Shown here in pieces: positions 11,501 to 23,500 of a stretch of DNA of 64,000 bases. Every line of letters starts with the position of its first letter. Position 1 is the first letter of the stretch. A program made the position numbers and the translations under genes. This stretch comes from an uncultured Planctomycetales bacterium (GTDB lineage: Bacteria; Omnitrophota; Gorgyraeia; Zapsychrales; Fredricksoniimonadaceae). Where the stretch lies: contig CAZABZ010000001.1 in the NCBI GenBank assembly GCA_964483535.1, forward strand, positions 8,594 to 72,593, read 5' to 3'. The notes beneath the pieces are model-generated. The model worked only from the letters and a program-made list of their open reading frames with translations, ran no database searches and had not been told where the DNA came from.

Positions 11501-14500
11501 CACCGCCCTGACAAACTCCCTTTCCGGCCCCAACCTTCTGCCATGAAATCTCTTTACGCTGTAATAGGTGTGCCACGCCAGATTGGCCGCAAACATAGCT
11601 TCCAGCGACTGTATCCTATGCTCGGCATCATTGGCAGGAGCGTTACGTTTCTTCAAGTTCAAAGCGTTGAGCGCCACCTCAGACAGGTCCAGGTTAATGT
11701 CATTCTTTTTTATGAATGGATCGGTACACGCATCTTTAAAATCAGCGACATCAGGATAAAGGACATGCGCCTTGGCCTTAACCTTGGCGCCAATCTTCGA
11801 GTTTGACAACGCCTCATTGAGCCATTCCGCAGACAATTTAGTCGCATCCAGCGTGGCATCCACATAATCCGCCGGCGTATAGCTGTCAAAATCCTGGTTA
11901 CGCATGAAAAGGTCGTGGTCACGTGTATCGTCCCCCTGGAAAATACAGCTATATCCGTCCTTTATTTCCAACGTCCCCCGCAATGAAAACGGAATATTAT
12001 TTTTTACTTTATCAAATAACGAAAAGATATCAAAAATCACGGAGTCGCTGGAAACGGGATTAATCATAAAACCGGCACTCTTGTCTTCTTTCCATGCCTT
12101 AGACTTCACATAAGCCTCGATCTTCTTCCCGATACCCGCCGCCCCCCTTGTAAATTCGACAATTTCACTCTTCTTGTCAGGGTTAAACGAAATGTAATTA
12201 AAGCGTTTCTGCAAAATATCCTCTGTCCTTGCTTTGGGGTAAGGACTGTCCCACAACAGCAACATCTGGTAAATAACTTCCCGGGTGTACTTTTTGTGCT
12301 TGCGTAGAAGGTCCAATATCTCCCTCAATGTTTCCGGTATATCATTGGTTTTTTCAAAATAGTCATACCAGCGACAGATCATGGCGACTAACGCCTTATA
12401 TTCTACGGGGTCCCCTCCGCTGGTAATATCAATGCTCCCATCACGAGCACATTGCCATGGCCTTCCCTTGTTTTGCGGGTATTTCTTATTAAAAACATCC
12501 TCTGGCAAATCATGGATCACTTGCTCGTGTTTGATATTGACAACACGGAAAAGTTTCCTGAATTCTGCGACCAGGCCGTCAAAATACGGACTGGTAATAT
12601 TTGCCCCCCTCAGATAGGCCTGCAAAAATTCCCCATCTTTATTGATGTCGTTATAATGTGTTTCCTTGATGATCGCGATCGTCATGATAATATCCAAAAT
12701 CTCCCGGCCTGTAGGTTTGGTCCCCCTATCTTCTAAAAATTTCAAACGTTCCAATTTTTGTGAAATACCTACTTCGGTCCCGACTTGGCGGCAGCCCCTG
12801 TTACGAGTAAGAATATGGAAAAAACGTTGCGCGTACAGCCGCGCCAGGCAAGGATCCAGAAACTCGAGGAGTTCCTGCGGAACAAGGCTGCGATCAAACG
12901 CCTTTTCTACAATAAAATAAGTGTCTTCAATCAACGCGCCGGCGGCCGCCAATTTTTTATGCGCGATCGACCTTGGATTATCTAATAAATATCGAAGCGC
13001 CAGACGATAAAAAATGACCGCCCTCATCGATGAGAAATATTGTTCGGCATTACCTTCTAAATAACGCTTCAAATTGATCTCCAGCACATTCGCGAAACGG
13101 TACCCGTAATGAACGGCCCAGTTATCATCATAAACAAATGTCGCTTTAAACGAAAACAGACTGTCTGATCGGTTCTGTGGCAACGCCGGGACCACCTGGT
13201 ACCTCAAACAAATATTCACATTCCGTCCAACCCATAAAATCCGGATCATCGTGTTATAAAATTCTTCTTTCAGGGCTTGATCTTCCACGGATTTTTCGTG
13301 CCATTTCTCCCACAGGGCATCAATGACTTGCTCCATCCCTTTCCCCTGTATCCACTGTATCCACCCTATTGGAAGATCCTCCTCTTTTCGCGGCGGAAAT
13401 AAACATACACTGACCGCTTTAGAGAACTCTTCCTTTGATTTAAAAAGATAACCAAAGCTATCTTCCTGGGGCGTAAAATATCTTTCAAAACAACGCTTGA
13501 CGCGGTCTTCTAATTTCTTCCTCTCGCTTTTATTTATTTGCCCGACCAAATACCAGGCCGGGATCTTTTCAGGCTCTTTTTTCGGCGATATAACGCAAGC
13601 TTTGTCTGCGGCGGCTTTATCTTTCACTGCCGAAGATTTTCCATTTGCCAACGAGCCAAACTTCTTTTGCCAGCTGCGGACAAAAATGGCAGCTATCAAG
13701 CTGACGCCAACTAAAACCATGGTCCACTTGAGCATCCCCCCAAGCCACATAGACGCGATGCTCACCGCATTGATCGCCAACAATGCCGGCATTGCACACA
13801 AACCTTTCGCATCATTCGTGAAGTCCACTAACTGACGAAAGATGTTGACACTGTTCGGCGCGTCTTTCCCTTCAATGGGACAAGAGCGGTCATGAAGAAC
13901 GTCCATCTGAATGCGGGCCCCTGCCTCGATCGTCTCATCCTCTTTTTGCATCTCGCTTAACTGTGCCAGCCTGTCAGACCCTTCAAACTCGGCTAACAAA
14001 CCAGCCAAAGGCGCATTCTTATTTTCAATGAAACCTCTGACGTGTCTGTCCAAAAGACGCGACATGGCTGAAGGATATCTTCCCTGCCAGTACGCGCGTG
14101 TAAAAAGACCTTTGAGTTGCGATGGGTTAAACGCCTGGCCATTATGAATAAATACCGTGCGTATCCCCCGATCAAAGCCATAAAGTTCCACCCCAAAATC
14201 ACCATGCACAAACTTTTCGGTCTCTATCGAAGCACGCTTCTGTAAAGCCTTAAACATTCTGCTAACCCAGAACACGATAACCTCATGAAGCATCTCCCGT
14301 GTTTCCTTCTGTTGTGGGCAAATGCTTTCTAACGCTTCCGGTAAAGAACGGCTGCTGAAATCGTCCACCCATTTCTCAAACTGTTCTTCAAGGCTCCCCC
14401 CGAAAATCTTTTCCGAAAAGCGTTCTTTCAAGAACCAATCCTCTCCACGCAAGTCAATAAAAGCATGTATGAAATCCTTCGTCCGCTCATCATATGCCGC

Positions 14501-17500
14501 ATAACTCGGCACCAAAGATAAACCATAAAAAATCATCTGGATATCTGATTCGACTGGATCTTTGAACCCACGCGTACGGTCCTCAAAACGTACAGCCGTC
14601 CTGTCCGCGTCATCATGAAGACGGTAACGAAGATCGGAGAAATCCAAGAATGCTTCCGCATTGGTGTATTTGCCCTCAAAAATGTAAATAACATCTTTTT
14701 CAAAAACAATCGGAATATCTTGTCTTTCCGTCTGTCCACGGATATAAGCATTTTTGATCACATACTCCTGACGTTTGGAACCGGAGGCGCGAAATGCGTG
14801 TAAGTTCCTTAAAAGATCTAGGGCCAAAGTAAAATCAAAAAAGCCCTCTTCTCCCAGATACTCCTGACCTGGCTTAAGATTGCCGACCATGTCACCTAAA
14901 AGCGCTCTTTCCTGTGGGGTCAAAACCAACGGTCCGTTGGCCGGGTCATGGGCTACAACTTTCTGCACAGCTTCCCGCCACTGGCGGTCTCTAAGGAACC
15001 AGTCCAGCTCAATGATCTTCACACGTGCGGTATCCGCTAGAAACTTCTCAATGAGTTTGGCAATGATCGTCTTCCCTGAACCTGAACCGCCGTCAATGGT
15101 GACAATAGGAGCATTACCTTCAACCCCGCGGGCAAGACGTTCACGGATATGTCTTACGATCGAAATGACAAACGGTGTCATACATGACTGAAGATAGTCA
15201 AGGGAAGTAGCAAATATCGGGTTGCCTGTCTTGGGATCTATCGGAGGATGATTATAATAACCGTGAGCTAAAGCAAACTCATGAGCAGGCAAAGGAATAA
15301 CCGCCGGGTCCTGTCCGTAACGATAACGTGTCGAAGAAATCGACAAATCGATCTGTGGATGTTTCAACAACAGTACCGGCAAATCCATTTGCCCGCCATA
15401 AAGGGCCTTGCCCTGTTGATTATACAACTCCATTCTTTCCTGCGTTATGCCCAGGCCAAACTTGCCGCGTTGTATCCAGCCAATACTAATACGATGCCGC
15501 GGATCTATCCTGTCTTCGTTTTTCTTTAAAATACTGTAAAACAGCTCGTAATAGTGAACGACCCGCTTTTCGTTCTCGATCCCAAGCAAATACACGAAAT
15601 GGACCCGTCGGCCACGGTTATAATCCATCAATTGCAGCATCTCTTCAAATCCTTCTCGCTCATTATCCGGCTCACTGCCAAAATCAGTATAACGTACCAG
15701 AGGCCCCATCCCGTCGATGGACAATTTGGTCATCATATGTCGATGTTCGGTGGAAACCTTCTCTGAGCGATAAACCTTCTTGTAACTGATACGACCCTGC
15801 ACCCTGATGGCCACAAAATCAAGTCCGAGTAAAGCAATAGCAAATAACGACGGTATCAAATGCCCATGGTTGGGAGGATTGCCGGCAATTGGCATAAGCC
15901 CTATCTTGATTTCCTGATCAGGATCGGCATCCTCCAGCGCCACCGGCCCATCATCCTCGATAGAATATCTTAATAATTTCGCGCGCTTAAACGGATTTGT
16001 GACCTTGCGACGAACATTTTCTTCAATCATCCCGAACACAGTCTCATAAGCTCTGAGGATCCTACTATTGAGGAACTTGTTGCTGCGATCACGGATCTGC
16101 GGGTCCGCTTTAATTTGCTGGTCAACAACATTGGCCAGCACTCCTTGCACGGCCTTAATCGCTGTAACATGGCGGGTTGCGGGATCCTGACCACGTTTGC
16201 CTTCAAGCCACCGGCGCAAAATAACTTCACGGGCAGAATTCTGCTCTTCAGTGAGATTAAATTCTTTACCGTGTGTGGCTAAGGCGCGAATTTCATGTCC
16301 AAGACTTAACGCTGTTTCAAGGCGGGTGCTATAAGCGGGATAATAGGTGCTGGCCCAAAGGTATTCCAGGCCATCTTCGATAGTAGACGTGGCCAAGAAC
16401 CCTTTAAAAGGCGCGCCTTTTAACAGGCCTGCCCTTCCCATCCAACGCAGTTTGGCCGCAGCCTGGCTGTCGCCAGTTTCTTCAAGGCCGCGGGCCATCA
16501 GTTCCCACATCTCCTCGGGGATGTCCGTCACCTTGCTCCGATCTAACTGTGTGAACTCATCCGCCACGATCTTCTCATAAGGAATGTCCCTCATTTCTAA
16601 AGGCATAATGGCCTCGGGCAGACGGCGGGTGGGGTCTTTTTTGCTTGAGGATGGCAAATTGTCTTTGGTCTGACATTGTGTCAGAAAATCATGAAGGAAA
16701 TGTTTCTTAAAACTCGCAACATACGCCAACTTTCTCTCTGCATCTGTAAGTTTATTCGCTTTGGCATATCTCTTGGATTCTTTCACAACCAATTGATAAA
16801 GCTCTTGCAATCCTTGAATGGTATATTCCGATTTTATCCTTCCATCAGCATTTAAATATTTAGCTAAGAATTTCTTCCTTTCAGTAGGGATATGATAACC
16901 ATAGCTTGCAGTTGTCATAATTCCGTCTTCTTCCAACACATCACCGTCAGAAACAAACAATGCGTTCTTGTCCCCATCAATAACAACTTTTGATCCTTCC
17001 TTAAGTTTCAGGCCGTCTTTCAAAACAATTCCCTGCCCCGCTCCTGTTAATTGCCACTTAGCAACAGCAAGATTAATTAAAGAAGGAATGCCATCCAGAC
17101 GAGTCAAGTCAGCTTCATGAGAAGAACTATTGCCATAAGTCGTAATCAGGCCTGCTTTGGGATAATCAAACATCACCTCTAAGACCTGCTCTTGATTGCC
17201 TTCGTGCGCAAGAAAAATAACCGGCTTGTTTTCACTCATCAGCTTACGGGCTTTATTAATATTCCAAACAAGATATCCTTGCATAGCCCCGGAGGTTGAA
17301 GCTTCGCCTTGAGCAAGCCTCTTGGCCTTAACGCCTTTTTTAACTTTATATATTCTTCTCACTCCTAATTTATCTTGTAGTTTTTCAATCCGTGGAATGG
17401 CGCGGGCCTCTGAAATCTTACCTTGAGCTAATTGCTCTTTGATATAGGCGATTTCCGCTTGTGGAGCAAAATTTATGTTTCGAGTTTGCAAGAAATAAAT

Positions 17501-20500
17501 CTTCCCGCCATTCACAACAAACTCAACTTCCTGTGGGCCGACTGCTTCCTCTAACTTTTTGCGTACCGCAAGAAGTTGGCGATAAATACGCGGTGCTGTC
17601 TGCGCCAATTTATTAATATCCTGCCCCTTCCGTCCGCCAGTCATCAATTCCTCACCTTTGGCATTTTCAAGATACTGTCCAAATAAAACTTTTTCATTCG
17701 TATTGGGATTACGGGTTGAAAAAACTCCCACGGCATAAAAAGGCCGTGAAGGACCTTTCCCGCTTATCCACAACTGAATAATAATTGGCAGGTCATACGC
17801 CTCCCCCAAACCTTCTCTGCGACGGTAATCTTTAGCCTTCTCTGAATACCATGCTTGCGCAACTTCACGAATAGCGACTAAAAGATCATTTGTGTTGATT
17901 ATGGTTTTAAGAACGCCGGGCATTGATCTCTTGGGATTACTGCGAACCGAATAAGAAACTGATAAATCATCGGACACTCCCGCTTTATGTAATTCTTTAA
18001 AAATCAAAGCCATAAAATCTTCTGCCTTTATTTGGGAAGACTCTATGATAATTTTCACCAAATCTTCAGAAAGAACTATGCCCGATGGATATGGAAGCCC
18101 CAGCTGATCAAGGATTAAAAATCCCGCTTCCTTATTACCCATCTGAGGCCTATAACATCCTTTGCCTAACAGCCTTACACCAAGTTTCACTCTATTGGCA
18201 GCCAATTGTTCTGCTGAAAATATATGCGATTTTTTAGGAAATGAAATGGCCCGCACTAATCTATCTCTCGCTGCTAAATAAAGAGCAATGAAATCCTTAT
18301 ACTCGGCAGGGACCGAAAGACGCAAGCTGTAATCACCATACCCCCAGTGCTTTAATGCGCTCCTCTCGGGATGGGATTCTGATTTCTCCTCCATATAGGC
18401 CTGCGAAAGGTGAAAATATTGCTTTAAAACATCCAGCATGGGGTCTTGATCAATCCGTCTTTTAATGTTAAGCAACACGCGAGACTCTTCAAAGGTATCG
18501 AATTTATATATCGTATATTTTAAAAGGAAAGTTACAAACTTTGAATTCTTCTGAGAAGGGCCTAAGTAACGAGGCTCAGCATTGTCGCCTCTAAGAATCC
18601 TATCGACTCTATTTTCGAATCTCTGATATAAATCGTACAATTTTTCTGAATCAAGTCTTGGATTAATTTTTTGTGCCGCACGAAAAACAGAAGATAGCCG
18701 CTTCTCCGCCATTACTTTTTCTGGAGTCAATAATTGAGTATTGGCTGTGCCCTCAGCCGAGGTTGAATCCTTGATTATGTCCTGATAACGCTTGACCTGC
18801 GCAATAAAATCTTCAATAGTTCTTGCATTAAACCCGACAGCGGCAACTATTCCTTCCGGCATAGCCAGCACACCAGCCACCTTCGTTTCAAAAATCCCAG
18901 CCGCGCCGATAATGATAAGTGACTGATTCTCCCTGCGAATATCCATAAGTGAACTATTCTCTTCTGCCAACTTTGCCTGGACATCAGACCACTTCTTAAG
19001 AACCACTCCATCAACACCGAGTTTGACCGCTGCGTTGATGGTTTCAATGAACGACGGCTGGACGTCCGTTCCAATCTCAGCAAAGATAATTAGGGCCGGA
19101 TACTCAACACGAATCTTAACTATCTCATCGGCCGTTGGGACAAAGTCGATCATAGTGATAAAGCTAGCTCCTGCCATGGCCCCTTCGTAGATCTGGGCAA
19201 CGTTGGTCGCAAAATAACCGATAACAGCTGATGAGTTCTTCGTGCGAACGGCCTTTAGTACATCGATTATATCAACCGTTGGAATAAAATTATTGGCAAT
19301 CAAAATCTCTGCAAACTGTACTAATGTAGCTGCCTCCAGCCCCGCATAGCCCTTGCCGCCGGTGACGGTGTGCAGGCCGACTTCAATACGGGAAGCCATG
19401 ATAACAGCCTTGATATCATCTTTGGCTATAGCCCCCTCCTCTGGGACAACCTCATTCCCAACGGCCATCTGCATCAGCTTTCTCATCTGCACCCCAACAT
19501 CCCCAGAATCTCTGTGATCGAAATTCTTAATAGTTGCAACAGCCGCTGCATTATCAGACAACACCGGCGCAGAGATCGTGCGAGCATCGTTGACGATCCT
19601 CATAAATTCCTGATCCCCGTTGTCCTTCATGGCGAGGAAAAGAGGAGGAATATAAATAATGCTCGCGAGATTTCGTCCTTCGGGATTCCAATCGCCGGAG
19701 ACATTGCCTTCCCTTAACCCTGCGATAATTGGTTCACACCCTTTAACATGCTGTTGCGCATCCGCGCTGCTGCCTAAAAGAAGGACATCTTTCAGCCCGC
19801 GCTTTAACGCAATAGCGGCTAATTCCTTCAGCGCAACTTCCCCAGCTAAAGTAATAAATACAACTTTGCCATCTACGTCCTTGCCTATTATAGAGAAGGA
19901 CGCCTTTTTGGTTTGGATTTCCCAAGCTACGGCATTAGGTTCAAGGGCCGGGAATTTATACTCGATGGTGTCTGATACATCTTCACCCTTATTGTTAATG
20001 ACCACAACCCCGCCAACAGCAAAACGGATCTTTGAAATATCGCTGTCCCTGACTGGTTTGCTGTCCTCAATATCTACTTTTATAATGCCTGCGGTTGGGC
20101 CATCAATAACAAAGAAATAATAGGTATTAGTCAGAGAAACTACTTTATCAAGCCCGATACCGGGAGCTGTCTTAATAATCAATTTGCCGTTTTGAATAAA
20201 CATGGTCTGAGCTTCCCAGAAATTACCCTGATGACCATTGATAGCAAAAATGGCACCGGTTTTCTTGGCGAAGGCCTTTACAGACAAACCCGGGAACCGT
20301 CTAAATATTTTATTGCGCTCTTTGGCGATTTTAATCGTCTGGGCAAATCGGGCGAAGTCGTATCTTATGCCTTTCTTGCTGGTATATAATTTAACTACAT
20401 TCCCAGAAGGAATAACAACTTCACGGGCCCAAATAGCGCCTTCTTTAGACTGGGTGGTAAAGGTTGTAACATTTAATCCTTCTACGGCTTTAGTGCCAAT

Positions 20501-23500
20501 GATCCCGGCATAAGCAAAAATGGCCTTGATAAATTCATAACTATCCCCACTCAACCCTTCAATGACCTGCTGGGACCTAAGGCCAAGCCCTTTGACGTTT
20601 ACCTCAACAAGATTCTTGGCTAACTCTACGCGCTCTGCGGTCTTTAAACTATTCAAAAGCGTCAACGCATCTTCCCATGCCTGTTGAGGCACAACATTGA
20701 TGCCTTCAATACCACTCTTGCCTTCAAGGATCATATCTTGCTTGCGCAAGTTGGCGGCTATGCGGAACATTTCGCCAATATATGTTTTAATGTAATCTTT
20801 CTGCTCTTTGGACTGGAGTTGTTCATCTGTAATTGTGGTAGTTACGCTGACTCCCTTGACTTCCCCTGAAGCAATCAAATCTGCAAAGGCCTTATTGAAC
20901 ATGCCCTTGGTGCGCAATTGCGCCTGGGGCTTGGTCATATATACAATGGTCAGTGTACGGCCTTTCTGTATTAAGCCCTTTTCGAGCATTTCTTTCCTGC
21001 TCTTGTTGAAATTATCAAGGGTGAATTTCGATTCCTCTTCAAGTACAAAAGCCTCGTTGCTGAGCATCTTGTTAAGTACATCTTCTGAGATTATGCCTTC
21101 CTGTGCTTTGCTCTGGGCTATCTTACGTATGATCTGACGGATCAAATCCGCCTCAGAAGTGCCCACAGCCTCTTGAAGCGAAGCGCCTGCTTCAAGGGCG
21201 GCTTTAACTTCCTTAACATGTTCATCCTTGCTTATTTTTCTCCCGCCGCCTATTTCAACCTCAAATGCATTTTCTACTGCCGCTTCAAGAAGAGCTATTG
21301 TCAAGCGACCAACTCCACCGGAGATAATGATACGTAAAGGATTGTCTTTATTGCTTTTGGAACGAACAACGTCTGCCTTGGCAAAAAAATCCAAAATCTT
21401 ATCAAACACCTGTACAACATCAGCGCCAAGGACCATCAACTGACTGTTTTCATTAGCTAATAACTCAATGCTCTGCTCATCGGCGATATCATTAACAGCC
21501 ATCAACGAAACCATTCTTCTTAATGGCTCAATAGGATTAATTGCTCCCTTGTCCTTAGTCCCGTCTTTAGTCACATCAATCCCTACTTTAGCTAACTCGT
21601 TTTGAAGATATTTATCATCATCCGACAATTTTCCTGTTTTTATATCTTCTGCCACGCCTTCCATTATCTCCTCTATCCGAACTTTAGCTTTCGCTTTAAC
21701 ACGCTCAATTTCTTCCTGACCGACCACTTCAATTATTCCCGCCAATTCATCCATTAAATCCAGAAAAACAGATCCAAACTCTTCCACATAATGTTGCGCG
21801 CGTTTTGTCTCCTCATCTTGTCTCTCTGCATCAAATCGCTTCTTAGATTTAATCTTTAAAGCATACCCGACAGCTCTGCTGACCTGACCAACCTCATCTA
21901 CAATTTTTTGAATCCTTTCTACCCCCGGATTTTGATATCTAAATTCATACGCCATAAAGTTAGGATTGGCTTCCCCTAAAATGCCACCTTCCCTCAATTT
22001 CCCAACAATCTTTGCCCCTTCGTTAACAACTAACGGCCGAAATGGCCACTGATTAAACGGCATTAGTTTGTTTCTTTGAAAATATTGAATATTTTCTTTC
22101 ATTTCCGCCAAAGTTAAATATGGATCAAACATGATAAATCCAACATCCAACCCCAGGCCAAGGTCTTGAAGCGTTCTTAACGAAACAGCTATGTCATCAA
22201 ACTGCATCCCTCGTGAATACCTCTTAAATTGGCTAAGGCTTCCAGCCTCAACACCCATAAAAACTTTTACTAACCCTACCTGCTTTAAACGTATGAACAA
22301 TTTCTTCATTTCCTCATTTTGATTCCCCCTATCGTTACTTTTAAAAACAATATCCGGCCTAGTAAAAATACGGAACGTAAATTTAATCCCATATTTCTTC
22401 GACAATGCCTCAATGCCGTCAGCAATTTGATAAATCCTTGAAATATTCTCTTTGTTTCGGCCTCCAATAAACTCATCATCCGAGAACTCCACCTCAGTTA
22501 TTCCCTGAGACATAACCGATTCTAAGTTCTTCAGCACCCGCTCAACAGTAAACCCTTGCCAACTCGCCGTGTTTCCTTTTTGTACTACTTCTCCTGTCCT
22601 TCTAAAGGACGTTCTTGTGCAATAGGCACAACCTCCCCAAGGACATCCCCGGGAAGTTTGGACTTGAACATTGCCGCCATCCTTGACAATATCCTGATAC
22701 GAACCTACCGCAGGCATATAAGGTAACGTCTGAAGATCTATTGTTTCTCTTTTTGTGTCTACCCTTCTGTTAGTCGCCGGATCTAAGAAAACAAGATTTG
22801 AGACCTCTGAAAGAGAGGCCTTCCCTCTATTAAATTCCACTAATCCTCGTAAAGCAATTTCGCCCTCACCCCTCACAACAACACCTTGAGGATAAATTTC
22901 TAAGAACTTGTCTGGGAAATATGTGGGAAGTTGATTGCCAAAGACCACTAAGGTGTGTTTTGGATCAAAGCCTTGCCTGGCCATCAATTGAGACATAATA
23001 GCCTGCACTAATTCTATTGCCCCTGGTTGTACCGATAACCCTAACATATCCGGCTGATCATTAACGATTTCATCGACTATTCCTCGAATATCATCATAGC
23101 TTCTTGTCCATCGGCTTGATACATCCACCGTCCTTCCAAAATGGCCCTGAAGATCTCCTTTTAATGTTTCCAAAGATAAATTATTCCACGCGTTATAATG
23201 TGCCGGTGACCCAAGCCCAATTAATTTGACTTTGCTTACAATTTGGAAGGTAACAAATTTATTAAAGGCAGGGTGAACGCTGGTAACAACTCCGCTTGCG
23301 ATATTTTCGTTAAGCCAGTTCTTGAATGCTTGCAACATGTAACCGTTTTGGGCAATGATGCCCGCGGTAAGGGCGGCTACGTCATCGTTATCCATATTGG
23401 GATTAGCTAAAGATTGGAATTCATCGATCAATACAGCTTCAACCACAGCAGGTGGCGCGCGGCCTAAATGAGGACTTAAGGTAACTACATTGTTGATTGT

